DNA of 64,000 bases from assembly GCA_016218255.1 (NCBI GenBank), contig JACREN010000002.1, positions 4,029 through 68,028 on the forward strand, in the 5' to 3' direction. Each line of letters begins with the position of its first letter. The stretch's first letter is position 1. Below, in pieces: positions 21,720 to 31,618 of this stretch. This DNA comes from Candidatus Gottesmanbacteria bacterium (GTDB taxonomy: Bacteria > Patescibacteriota > Microgenomatia > UBA10105 > UBA927). A model generated the notes under the pieces. The model worked only from the letters and a program-made list of their open reading frames with translations. It made no database searches and was not told where the DNA came from. A program made the position numbers and the translations under genes.

Positions 21720-22229
21720 ATGAAAAATATAACAGCCGGCAAAAATCCACCCGAACAAATTAATGTATTTGTCGAGATTCCCATGGGCGGAAGCATAAAA
21801 TATGAATTAGACAAAGAAAGCGGCGTGGTATTTGTCGACCGATTTCTCTACACCGCATTTACGTATCCTTTTAATTATGGCTTTGTGCCGGGTACCAAAG
21901 CAAAGGATGGCGATCCCGTCGATGTATTAGTGCTGTGTGATAAAATCGTACAGGCAGGTACAGTGCTTCCTGCAACTCCCATCGGCATGCTGGAGATGGA
22001 AGATGAAGAGGGGATCGATACGAAAATTATCGCAGTCCCTACTAAAAAAGTGGACCCGGACTGGGGAGCATATGGCGACATTTCTGAAATCAGCCAGGCT
22101 ATCAAGGACAAAATCAAGCACTTCTTCGAACACTATAAAGAACTCGAACCGGGTAAATGGGTAAAAATTAAAAACTGGAAAGATAAAGCTGCGGCTTTAG
22201 AAGACATAAGGAATGCGCTAACAGGATAA
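21720..22229 (+). CDS. ppa: Family I inorganic pyrophosphatase
   Basis: KYELDK, DRFL, YPFNYG, DGDPVD and FFEHYKELE. Confidence 0.96.
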   Translation: MKNITAGKNPPEQINVFVEIPMGGSIKYELDKESGVVFVDRFLYTAFTYPFNYGFVPGTKAKDGDPVDVLVLCDKIVQAGTVLPATPIGMLEMEDEEGIDTKIIAVPTKKVDPDWGAYGDISEISQAIKDKIKHFFEHYKELEPGKWVKIKNWKDKAAALEDIRNALTG

Positions 22230-22238
22230 TTAGGAAGT

Positions 22239-24719
22239 ATGAATATCGGTAAAATCGTACCATCTGAAATAGTGACGGAAATGCAAAAGTCGTATCTGGA
22301 CTATGCCATGAGCGTCATCGTGGCACGCGCCCTTCCGGACGTCCGGGACGGTCTGAAACCCGTCCACAGAAGAATCCTGTATGCCATGCATCAGATGGGT
22401 CTGCACCACACCAGCCGCTACACCAAAAGCGCAAAAGTCGTGGGAGAAGTGCTCGGGAAATATCATCCACACGGCGACGCGCCGGTATATGAAGCCATGG
22501 TGCGGCTTGCCCAAAATTTTTCCATGCGCTACATGCTTATCGACGGCCAGGGAAACTATGGATCCGTAGACGGCGATCCGCCGGCCGCCATGCGGTATAC
22601 GGAATGCCGGTTGGCGGCAATTGCTGACGAGATGCTTCTGGATATCGAAAAGGAGACGGTTGACTTTACTCCGAATTTTGACGGCACCATCGATGAACCG
22701 CTGTATGTCCCGGCCAAACTGCCCAATCTGCTTCTTATGGGAAGCGAAGGCATTGCGGTCGGCATGGCGACCAAAATTCCGCCGCACAACCTAACTGAAG
22801 TCGTGGACGCCATCGTAGCGATGATAGCAAAGACGAAAATAGAGAAGCAATCAGTTTTTCACTTTGACATCACCATTGACGAACTCATGGAGCATATCCA
22901 GGGTCCGGATTTTCCAACCGGAGGCGCTATTTATGACATAAACGAGATTAAGACCGCCTACGCCACCGGACGGGGTAAAATTGTCATGCGCGGGAAAGCA
23001 GAAATCGAAGAAATCGGCCAGGGCAAAAGCGCCATCATCATATCCGAACTTCCGTATCAGGTAAATAAGGCACAGCTCGTTGCTAAAATTGCCGATCTCG
23101 TACACGAAAAAAAACTGGAAGGCATTTCGGATCTTCGCGATGAATCCGACCGCCGCGGTATCCGCGTGTATGTCGAGCTTAAACGGGATGCCCGGCCCAA
23201 ACAGGTACTGAATAATCTGTACAAGCACACCGCGCTCCAAACGACGTTCCCGGTCAACACCGTAGCACTCGTCGATAACACGCCGCAGACCTGTTCACTC
23301 AAACTAATCTTGGAAGAATATATTAAACACCGCCACAACGTGATACGGAAACGCAGCGAATTTGAGCTAAGGGAGGCCCGCGCCCGTGAACACATTCTGG
23401 AAGGGCTAAAAATCGCCGTCGACCACATCGACGAAGTCATCGCTATCATCAAAAAAAGCAAAGATGCCGATGAGGCAAAATCCAAACTCATGACAAAATT
23501 CGGCTTATCCGATCTTCAGGCTACCGCCATCCTTGATATGCAGCTGCGTCGATTAGCAGCTCTCGAGCGCCAAAAAATCGAGGATGAACTGGCCATGGTG
23601 CGCGAAACGATCGCGTATCTCGAAGATTTATTGGCTCACCCGGATAAAATCCTAAAAGTGGTAAAAGACGAACTTGTGAAGCTCAAGGAAAAATATGGCG
23701 ATGAACGGCGAACCCGGGTATATAAAAGCAAAGTCGGGGAATTCAGCGAAGAACAGCTTATCGCCAACGAAGAAGTTATCATCACCATGACCCAAACCGG
23801 ATATATCAAACGATTGCCCAGGGCGACATTTAAAATGCAGGAGCGGGGAGGCAAAGGCGTCATCGGCATGGCCACAAAAGAAGAAGATACGATTGACCGG
23901 ATCGTATCGGCACAAACACATGACAACATGCTCTTTTTCACCGACCGCGGCCGCGTCTATCAGGTGCGCGTCTGGGATATACAGGAATCCAGCCGTCAAT
24001 CCAAAGGCCAGGCGGTAGTCAATCTCATCAATATCGAAGGCGGAGAACGGGTAACTTCTGTACTCACCTACAGCCTCAAGAAAGATGAACAAAAAGAGCT
24101 CGGCGTTAAATACATCCTTATGGCCACAAAAAACGGCACGATCAAAAAATCAAAACTTACGGAGTACGAAAACATACGGCGGAGCGGACTGGTTGCCATA
24201 AAGCTCGACAAAGGCGATGAGCTTGCGTGGGCCAAAATTACCAGCGGCAGTGATGACATCCTCCTGGTGACGCACGAAGGTAAGTCAATCCGATTTTCCG
24301 AGGCGGAAGTGCGCCCGACCGGCCGCGATACCATGGGCGTCCGGGGCATCCTCTTAAAAGACGTAGATTATGTCGTTAGCGTCGACGTGATAGACGATCA
24401 GACAAAAAAAGCGGATTTCCTGACCGTTATGGGTAAAGGCATGGGTAAAAAAACAGCCATTAAGGATTTTCCCAAACAAAAGCGCGGCGGTCAGGGCGTG
24501 AAAGTGGCAGAGATAAAGGATAAAACCGGCAAAGTGATCATATCTCAGATTGTACCTGCCGAGTGTGACAGTGTGATCTTAACGTCCACCAAGGGACAGG
24601 TTGTGAAGCTCCCGATCGCCTCTGTGCCGATCCTGGGTCGCGCCACCTCCGGCGTCATTCTCATGCGCTTCACCGACAAAAGTGATACCATCGCCGCCGC
24701 TACCTGCCTCACAAAATAA
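22239..24719 (+). CDS. gyrA: DNA gyrase subunit A
   Basis: [26 protein letters not shown], GyrA-box-like QERGGKG and C-terminal blades. Confidence 0.97.
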   Translation: MNIGKIVPSEIVTEMQKSYLDYAMSVIVARALPDVRDGLKPVHRRILYAMHQMGLHHTSRYTKSAKVVGEVLGKYHPHGDAPVYEAMVRLAQNFSMRYMLIDGQGNYGSVDGDPPAAMRYTECRLAAIADEMLLDIEKETVDFTPNFDGTIDEPLYVPAKLPNLLLMGSEGIAVGMATKIPPHNLTEVVDAIVAMIAKTKIEKQSVFHFDITIDELMEHIQGPDFPTGGAIYDINEIKTAYATGRGKIVMRGKAEIEEIGQGKSAIIISELPYQVNKAQLVAKIADLVHEKKLEGISDLRDESDRRGIRVYVELKRDARPKQVLNNLYKHTALQTTFPVNTVALVDNTPQTCSLKLILEEYIKHRHNVIRKRSEFELREARAREHILEGLKIAVDHIDEVIAIIKKSKDADEAKSKLMTKFGLSDLQATAILDMQLRRLAALERQKIEDELAMVRETIAYLEDLLAHPDKILKVVKDELVKLKEKYGDERRTRVYKSKVGEFSEEQLIANEEVIITMTQTGYIKRLPRATFKMQERGGKGVIGMATKEEDTIDRIVSAQTHDNMLFFTDRGRVYQVRVWDIQESSRQSKGQAVVNLINIEGGERVTSVLTYSLKKDEQKELGVKYILMATKNGTIKKSKLTEYENIRRSGLVAIKLDKGDELAWAKITSGSDDILLVTHEGKSIRFSEAEVRPTGRDTMGVRGILLKDVDYVVSVDVIDDQTKKADFLTVMGKGMGKKTAIKDFPKQKRGGQGVKVAEIKDKTGKVIISQIVPAECDSVILTSTKGQVVKLPIASVPILGRATSGVILMRFTDKSDTIAAATCLTK

Positions 24720-24791
24720 AACAGGTACTCATAGGCATCCTTTCATCTGCTTACGACAACATACATAAACGAAAAATGTTTGATCCTATGA

Positions 24792-25847
24792 TTACTGCAT
24801 GAACGAGACTAAAAATATACCCGGAAGATAAGTCATCTGATACGCAACGCGAGCGGCATTAAGCGCCATTAATCCAAACGCCACCACATACACCAGACGC
24901 TTTTCCCAAAGAGCAAAGGTTCGACAGAAATAAAGCGCATACGCCATGCTAAAAAGCATGCTTAACGCGACGATCTGTAAACTACGGACATGAAGAATGG
25001 GAATCCAAGCCCATGAAACAATAGCTGCCACTATATACGACGCAACCGCACCATGCCATATCATCCCTCCTAGCGTACGATACCCATTCTCCATGAAGTG
25101 CAGGTAATACCCCGCAACCCAGATCACGACAACGGGAAAGGCAACGAACGGAATACCTGCAAAGCCGCTAAGATAGGGTAAGGTAAACGCCGGATGCATA
25201 TAACTCCGGACCCATGCGGTTCCTGCGATAAATCGAGGATAATCCCTCGGAATTCCCAGAATATAAAGACCAAAAAGCAATCCTGCGGAAATAACTACTG
25301 CAGTCACTCTGTTTTTGTGTCTCAAGACCATATAGTAAAACGTCATCGGTATATAGAAATAGAGGTATCCGAAATCCAACAATAGCCCGGACAACAAGGT
25401 GCCAAACAAAAACAAGAAATGAACCGATTTTCTCTGAAGTAAAAAAATCGTCAATAACATCGCCGTCAACAGGGCAGTGTAAGGCTTAACCCGCCAATCA
25501 AATATGACAAAATAGCCGGAAAGTGCATATACCGCCACAAGCATTTTCCCAAAAAATCTATCATGAAGAGCAGAACCGATTTTCCAAAGCACATAACAAT
25601 TGATGCCAAAAAAAATAAAACTGGAAAATCTAAGCCACGGCAACGCAAGAGAAACAGACGACCATGCCTTGAGAAAAATATAATACATCGGGGGCCGGGC
25701 CGCGTCCGTAGACCGAAGCATGATATCTATAAAAGGGCGGGACACGATGGTATACGCGATGTGCTCGTCTGCCCAAATTGGCAGCACCATGATCATAAAA
25801 AATCGAACCAACATTCCAAACAAAACCAATACAGCAAATAAACTCAT
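24792..25847 (-). CDS. GT-C (PMT/ArnT-like) membrane glycosyltransferase
   Basis: WADE after TM1, PPMYY, LRFSS and multiple TM segments. Confidence 0.7.
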   Translation of the reverse strand: MSLFAVLVLFGMLVRFFMIMVLPIWADEHIAYTIVSRPFIDIMLRSTDAARPPMYYIFLKAWSSVSLALPWLRFSSFIFFGINCYVLWKIGSALHDRFFGKMLVAVYALSGYFVIFDWRVKPYTALLTAMLLTIFLLQRKSVHFLFLFGTLLSGLLLDFGYLYFYIPMTFYYMVLRHKNRVTAVVISAGLLFGLYILGIPRDYPRFIAGTAWVRSYMHPAFTLPYLSGFAGIPFVAFPVVVIWVAGYYLHFMENGYRTLGGMIWHGAVASYIVAAIVSWAWIPILHVRSLQIVALSMLFSMAYALYFCRTFALWEKRLVYVVAFGLMALNAARVAYQMTYLPGIFLVSFMQ

Positions 25848-25919
25848 ATCTCTATCTCATATAACCATACTCTGTATTTCGGAAAAAAAGCAATCAGCAC
25901 CATTCATCTTTTTTATTCT

Positions 25920-26441
25920 ATGAAGTACAATGATTATATGAAGAAAATCAGACTCAGAAACGCATCATATGTGCGGAATTTCGTCTTTGGTGTGGAAGAT
26001 AGCCTTGTCTCAACCGTCGGTCTCCTATCGGGAATCGCGGTCGGCGGGGTAGCACGAAATGACATCGTACTAACCGGCATCATTCTTTTATTGGTTGAAG
26101 CGTTTTCCATGGCAATCGGCAGTTTATTATCTGAACAATCAGCAGAAGAATATCTCCAGCGCCGCGAAGTGCCACCACTTGCACTCGTGGCCAATAGCCT
26201 CATCATGTTTTTCTCCTATTTTTGCTCCGGTCTCCTGACTTTATTTCCGTATTTTTTCTCCGAACCGCACGCAGCACTGCCTTTTTCTGTTGGCATCGCA
26301 CTGCTTGCGCTCTTTGGCTTAGGAGCAATCAATGCGCGCCTCTTCAAGATTCGACTGTTTAAAAATGGCATCCGAACTATGATGATCGGCGGATTTGCCA
26401 TACTCGTTGGCGTCACCGCAAGCGTGCTGCTCACGCGTTAA
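25920..26441 (+). CDS. VIT1/CCC1 family transporter
   Basis: FGVEDSLVS and AFSMAIG..LSE; 5 TM segments. Confidence 0.88.
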   Translation: MKYNDYMKKIRLRNASYVRNFVFGVEDSLVSTVGLLSGIAVGGVARNDIVLTGIILLLVEAFSMAIGSLLSEQSAEEYLQRREVPPLALVANSLIMFFSYFCSGLLTLFPYFFSEPHAALPFSVGIALLALFGLGAINARLFKIRLFKNGIRTMMIGGFAILVGVTASVLLTR

Positions 26442-26449
26442 CGCATATC

Positions 26450-27274
26450 ATGAAAATAGACGGCAAAGCAATTGCGGAACAGATACTGACAATGTGTTCC
26501 AAACGCGTACTGGATCTGAAGCATAAAGGCACGATACCAACTATGGCCGTCATCCAGGTTGGAGACGATCCGGCATCCACTGCCTACATCAACCAAAAGA
26601 AAAAGGCGGCAGAGCGCATCGGCGCTTTACTCATACATAAAAAATTACCCACTGGGGTAACGTATCAACATGTTAACATGTTAATATGTGAATACAATAC
26701 AAATCCAGCTATCCACGGCGTCATTATCCAACAGCCATTACCACACACACTCGGAGACAGCGCAACCCTCATAGGCCAAATAGACCCAAAAAAAGATATA
26801 GACGGTTTTTTGCCGAACTCACCATATCCGGTTCCCGTCGCGTCAGCGGTGGTCGAAATTCTGCGTTCCGTTTTTTCCCAATTTGACTCGTCACTAAATA
26901 CGAAAAATATTGTTGTCATCGGCAGGGGAGCAACCGCGGGAAAACCGATTGCGGATTTGTTAATTTCGCGCGGACTCAACCCAACAGTCATTCATTCACA
27001 AACAAATAATTCCAAAGAAATTATAAAAACCGCGGATATCGTAGTAAGTTGTGTAGGGAAACCAAATATTGTACGACGAGATAATATAAAAAGGGATGCC
27101 GTTCTGATCAGTGTCGGCATCTGGCGAGACAGCAGCGGCAAGCTCCACGGTGATTACGAAGAGGATGCAATCAAAGATATCGCCGGATCTTACACGCCTA
27201 CACCCGGAGGAGTAGGACCTGTCAACGTAGCCTGCCTCATGCAGAATCTTATTTCGGCTGCAATAAACAGTTGA
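26450..27274 (+). CDS. folD: Methylene-THF dehydrogenase/cyclohydrolase
   Basis: IDGK, YINQK, QQPLP, KDIDG and TPTPGGVGP. Confidence 0.92.
   Translation: MKIDGKAIAEQILTMCSKRVLDLKHKGTIPTMAVIQVGDDPASTAYINQKKKAAERIGALLIHKKLPTGVTYQHVNMLICEYNTNPAIHGVIIQQPLPHTLGDSATLIGQIDPKKDIDGFLPNSPYPVPVASAVVEILRSVFSQFDSSLNTKNIVVIGRGATAGKPIADLLISRGLNPTVIHSQTNNSKEIIKTADIVVSCVGKPNIVRRDNIKRDAVLISVGIWRDSSGKLHGDYEEDAIKDIAGSYTPTPGGVGPVNVACLMQNLISAAINS
26658..26689. repeat. Four phased 8-mers inside folD
   Basis: TAACGTAT-CAACATGT-TAACATGT-TAATATGT, containing the perfect palindrome AACATGTTAACATGTT. Confidence 0.7.
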
Positions 27275-27310
27275 CGAATTCTACAAAAGGCATCTATACT
27301 GGATTTATAT

Positions 27311-28039
27311 ATGAATCAACTCATTCCGGCAGTTCTTTTATTTTTTGTCGCGCTTTTTACCTACACCAAATTTGCTGGCCCCATCCCATTTTCCATAACG
27401 AGCACTACCACAACCAAAAGTGATACCTTTACGGTGTCAGGGGAAGGGAAAGTAGTTGTTGTACCCGATAGCGCAGTAGTTCACGCCGGTGTACAGACCA
27501 CAGCAGGAACCGCAAAACTTGCACAAGAACAATTAAACAAGGCAGCCAATGCCGTAACTCAAGCAGTCAAGAAGCTGGGCATCGACACCACGGATATAAA
27601 AACTACCAATTATTCTGTCTATCCGATTACCGATTACCAGGATAAGCAACAGCGGATCACGGGCTATCAGGCGTCCAGCAGCCTCACCATAAAAGTCCGC
27701 GATATGGACAAGACGAATAGCGTCATCGACGCAGCCACTGGGGCAGGAGCAAACCAGGTAGGCGGAGTAGTTTTTGAAGTAGCAGATAAATCAAAGGCAG
27801 AAAACGAAGCCAGGGAAAAGGCGGTCTCCGAGGCCAAAAAGAAAGCAAGCGATGCAGCCAGAATTGCCGGATTCCGGCTGGGCAGGATCGTCAATTATAG
27901 CGAAGGATATAATGGCGCACCGCGCCCTATGCCCATTATGGCCAAGGCTGAATCAGCAGATACCGGAGTACCGACTCAGATAGAGCCGGGATCATCCGAA
28001 ATTACCGTGAGCGTAACCCTCTTTTACGAGATACTATAG
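27311..28039 (+). CDS. SIMPL (DUF541) domain protein
   Basis: N-terminal signal, TVSGEG.V...PD, IKTTNYSVYP, GANQV and IEPG..EI; upstream TTGACG-N18-TATACT. Confidence 0.9.
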   Translation: MNQLIPAVLLFFVALFTYTKFAGPIPFSITSTTTTKSDTFTVSGEGKVVVVPDSAVVHAGVQTTAGTAKLAQEQLNKAANAVTQAVKKLGIDTTDIKTTNYSVYPITDYQDKQQRITGYQASSSLTIKVRDMDKTNSVIDAATGAGANQVGGVVFEVADKSKAENEAREKAVSEAKKKASDAARIAGFRLGRIVNYSEGYNGAPRPMPIMAKAESADTGVPTQIEPGSSEITVSVTLFYEIL

Positions 28040-28082
28040 GTCTTGCTCGCTTCTCCCCAGGGCAGTACAATAATGCGACTCC

Positions 28083-28676
28083 ATGGGAAGAAGCCATATT
28101 ACACCAATTCATCAACCAGACGATACGACGTGTGGGCCATCGGCCCTGAAACTTGCGTTGGAAATTTTTGGCAAGCACAAATCACTAGACACGCTGATCG
28201 AGCTTTGCAAGACAAACAGCAGCGGCACCACCACTCCGAACCTCATTGCCGCAGCGAACAAACTTGGCTATTCTATTCTGGCTGTCGAATATGCGACGCT
28301 ACACCACCTGCAGGGCGCGCTCAAATACCCGCCCAACCGGCCGCGTGCAGCTCTCGTGACATACCTCTATGATCTGGATGAAAAGGAAAACCCCCATCCC
28401 GATTCCGGTCACTGGGCTGTCGTCTGTTCTTATTCAGCCAGAAGCAGCCGCATTGTACTTCTGGACAGCGCCAGCGGAAAGAAAAAATCATACAAATGGG
28501 AAGATTTTCGGGAGCGCTGGATGGATTATGATCTCAAACGGAAAAAAATCAAAAAACGCGGAAAAAAATATAAAATGATCCGCCATTGGCAACAGCAGCC
28601 ACTTATTATTCTCGCAAAAAAAGAAAGCGATTTGCCGAAATTTAAAATCTCGACAGCTAAACTATTTACGCCATAA
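28083..28676 (+). CDS. Stand-alone C39-like cysteine peptidase
   Basis: Q-x5-CGP, GHWAV and LLDSA (Gln/Cys/His/Asp); basic C-terminal tail. Confidence 0.85.
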   Translation: MGRSHITPIHQPDDTTCGPSALKLALEIFGKHKSLDTLIELCKTNSSGTTTPNLIAAANKLGYSILAVEYATLHHLQGALKYPPNRPRAALVTYLYDLDEKENPHPDSGHWAVVCSYSARSSRIVLLDSASGKKKSYKWEDFRERWMDYDLKRKKIKKRGKKYKMIRHWQQQPLIILAKKESDLPKFKISTAKLFTP

Positions 28677-29658
28677 ACCGTCTCAGCGAAGACGCAACAA
28701 TTTCCCAGATAAAATCGGCAAATGACAGCCCCACTGCTTTATATGACACGGTCATGCCGTACTCGTCGCTGTCTCCCAGTCCCGGATTCGCGTTGGCTTC
28801 GAGAACAAAAATGTCCTCTCCGCGGCTCCGGATATCCAGCCGCGCATAGTCACAAAACTCAAACGTTCTCATGCAAGCCCAAGCGATACGATCAAGATTT
28901 ACAGAAAATGCCGGCGCCAATAATGCGAGTTTAACATGAGACAGAGAATACTCTGCATGCTCCTCATTCCAACGGCTGTTAAACGTCAGGAAAGCGTCCT
29001 CTTTGCCCTGATGATCAAACATTATTTCACTCGCAGGCAAGACCGCCCACCCATCTTTACGGGATAAAAGCGTGACCTGAAACTCACGCCCGCCTATGTA
29101 TTCCTCCACGATGACCGGCTGTCCGAATACACGAATCCGCTCCTGTACGACCGGTACCAACGCAAGGGAATCCCTAACCACTGCATCTTTTGTAAGTCCA
29201 ATACTACAATGCTCGAGAGCCAATTTCACAATGACCGGATAGTGAAAATCAGGGCGAACCGATTCTTTTCCCGTTTCAAAAACTTGCCAACGGGGGGTCG
29301 GGATACCCGCTTTATCCATCGCATGCTTCATTCCAACCTTATCGCTTGTTCGATCAAATACGCCAATACGTGACCCGGTAAATGGAATATGCGCTGCCTC
29401 AAGCCTTGTGTACACCATACGCGCCAGTGGCAAATCAAAACCGTCCCACTCAATAAGATTAAAGATGCAGTCCGCCTTTATGGAACTGATAGCGTCGATC
29501 CCATCTTCATGAACAGGCACCAAAAATGATTGTCCGCCTTTTCCTAAAATGGCCGCTGCAACTTCTTCGGCAGAATCTTTCGTATCCTCATCCGTGGATT
29601 TATACGGGCTGGCAATGGCCCGCTTGGTGGGGAGACTATAAAGGACGGCAATACGCAT
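28666..29658 (-). CDS. ATP-grasp ligase, D-Ala-D-Ala ligase-like
   Basis: PFTGS, DK, PVIVK, EEYIGGREF, YARLDIR and LEANANPG; lacks the canonical Ddl N-terminal GGxSxE. Confidence 0.82.
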   Translation of the reverse strand: MRIAVLYSLPTKRAIASPYKSTDEDTKDSAEEVAAAILGKGGQSFLVPVHEDGIDAISSIKADCIFNLIEWDGFDLPLARMVYTRLEAAHIPFTGSRIGVFDRTSDKVGMKHAMDKAGIPTPRWQVFETGKESVRPDFHYPVIVKLALEHCSIGLTKDAVVRDSLALVPVVQERIRVFGQPVIVEEYIGGREFQVTLLSRKDGWAVLPASEIMFDHQGKEDAFLTFNSRWNEEHAEYSLSHVKLALLAPAFSVNLDRIAWACMRTFEFCDYARLDIRSRGEDIFVLEANANPGLGDSDEYGMTVSYKAVGLSFADFIWEIVASSLRRFMA

Positions 29659-30941
29659 TATTTTTTTATCAATTTATACCCACGGGTCTTTACGGTCAAA
29701 ACTTCATAGCTGCTTTTTTGGTCCTTAAGCTTCGACCGAACCCGAGCGACCAGCCGGTCAATCGCCCAATCCGACACACCCATGTCTTTGGATTCCGGCC
29801 AGACTGCTTCTATGATCGCATCCCGCTCGCAAAGATCTCCTAGATGAGATTGAAGAAATGAAACGAGCGAATGTTCCTTTTTTGTAAATTCTCCATTACC
29901 TGATCCAGTTGCCAATGTCCCAAGATATTGCGCAAATAACGAGCTAAAAATATGTTGCTTCCCTTGTGTTTCTGAAACGATACCGGTGTTCCACAGATAC
30001 GACGCGGTCCGCCGCATAGTGATATCAATAGCATCACCCCGCGCAGCAGCAATCACGGTTTCTTTTTCTATCTTTGTCAGACTCTCAAATAATTCTTCAG
30101 ACAGCAATTGAATCTGTTCATCTCCCACAAGATACGTCAAAAGATCAGGCGGTGGATTTTTCTCTTCTTGCAGCCGAAGAATCGCAAGATGTAGGTACTG
30201 CACATGACCGCCGGAAAGAATGACAAGCGCATCTCTCACGTCTTCGGTAAAACTCGTGTGATATCGCTCAGCAAGCGTACCAAAAATAATCTTCATATCC
30301 CCGGGCTTTGCAGGAGTCAAAAACATATCGCGGGCAAATACAGAAAGCACGGATTTCGGGAATACGCGGGGAGACAAGTCGTAGAGCGGCCGGTAACTGG
30401 TGAACACATATGACAACTTCTGATGGGCCGCTTCTTTAAGTCCCTGCAGATTATTAAAAAATTCCTGGCTTGCAACATCACTCATCCGGTCAAAACGGAT
30501 CAGGAAAATAGTAGGATATAGCCCACCCGCAACTATCTCCGCTAATACTTTCTGCACACTATCCACCGTAAAGAATAAATCTTTCAGCTGAATGCTTTGC
30601 ACAAAGAGCCTCCGGCACTGTCGTTTGACCGCCTCCGGCAGGGGAGAGCCCTGAACACTGTCCACAAGACGAGTTAAAAGAAGCGTCCAGAAGGGCACGA
30701 TATTCCGTTCTACCAGATCATTTAAATCAACGGTAATAAAGAGGTGCGGCGTGCCATTTCTTATATAAATGGATCCGATATCCTCGTGATAGAGGAAAAA
30801 CCGGAGAAAATTACTGATACCTACTCGTTTGGCGCCGATGAGAACCACGGAATCATGATGTGCAAGGCTTTCTCCCAATTTCCGTGCATCAGCGGCACGA
30901 AATTCAATCGGATACGAGGCTTCGGTCACGCGTTTTGTCAT
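29658..30941 (-). CDS. Degenerate AAA/STAND-like domain fused to a C-terminal OmpR-type winged helix
   Basis: GAKRVGIS (degenerate Walker A), LSGGH, and C-terminal AVWP...DWAIDRLVARVRSKL...TVKTRGY. Confidence 0.78.
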   Translation of the reverse strand: MTKRVTEASYPIEFRAADARKLGESLAHHDSVVLIGAKRVGISNFLRFFLYHEDIGSIYIRNGTPHLFITVDLNDLVERNIVPFWTLLLTRLVDSVQGSPLPEAVKRQCRRLFVQSIQLKDLFFTVDSVQKVLAEIVAGGLYPTIFLIRFDRMSDVASQEFFNNLQGLKEAAHQKLSYVFTSYRPLYDLSPRVFPKSVLSVFARDMFLTPAKPGDMKIIFGTLAERYHTSFTEDVRDALVILSGGHVQYLHLAILRLQEEKNPPPDLLTYLVGDEQIQLLSEELFESLTKIEKETVIAAARGDAIDITMRRTASYLWNTGIVSETQGKQHIFSSLFAQYLGTLATGSGNGEFTKKEHSLVSFLQSHLGDLCERDAIIEAVWPESKDMGVSDWAIDRLVARVRSKLKDQKSSYEVLTVKTRGYKLIKK

Positions 30942-30992
30942 GATCTCGATTGTAGCGGCTTAAGAGGGAAGATACAAGAAAATCAAATAACC

Positions 30993-31439
30993 TTATGAGC
31001 CGGGCAACGAATCGTATGCGTATATGACCTCATCTTCTTGGAGTTCATTCAATATTAAAATTGTTTGGCGTCTTGCTTCCGCTCCATGGCCTTTAACCGG
31101 CAAATCAAGAACAGACGACTCGCCTGAGACAAGTGCTATCCACCGAGCTTGATCTGAATCCCATGTGATGGTGAGATTTGCTGAATCGACCGCAGGAGGA
31201 TCAGACACCTTAAGACAGTTGATCGCTTGTCTATGCTCCGGATCAATATAAGTCAAATCTGCCCACGCCTCTTCGCTCCCCAAACCCGTAAATCGAACGT
31301 CCTCTCCGATACGCACTATATGCGTTCCTGCAATTTTACAGGTTCGAGCGAATCTTGCTCCCTCGGTCGGCAACTGTGCCTCATCTAATGCGTAAATCAA
31401 TCCAGAATATTGATAAAGCTCCGTCTTCACTTGGCTCAT
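30993..31439 (-). CDS. Hypothetical protein
   Basis: Acidic, globular-looking ORF filling the gap between genes; probable start MSQVK at 31439. Confidence 0.55.
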   Translation of the reverse strand: MSQVKTELYQYSGLIYALDEAQLPTEGARFARTCKIAGTHIVRIGEDVRFTGLGSEEAWADLTYIDPEHRQAINCLKVSDPPAVDSANLTITWDSDQARWIALVSGESSVLDLPVKGHGAEARRQTILILNELQEDEVIYAYDSLPGS

Positions 31440-31618
31440 ATATGCAGTAGAGCATACCAGGAAATGGCCAAAAAGCAAGCCCCACGGCCCTTTGTCAGAA
31501 AGATGTCAGGAAAAGATATGAAGCCTGTCAAGGACAACGCAACGTACCATCATATAATTCATTTACGAACGTGTGTTGGCCACCACTGGACACGCTAACA
31601 GCTATCCTTTACCATAGA

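Noticed and set aside
28083-29658. Graspetide/RiPP biosynthetic cluster
   Set aside because: The ATP-grasp protein is Ddl-like rather than RimK/MvdD-like, and no precursor peptide or exporter was found
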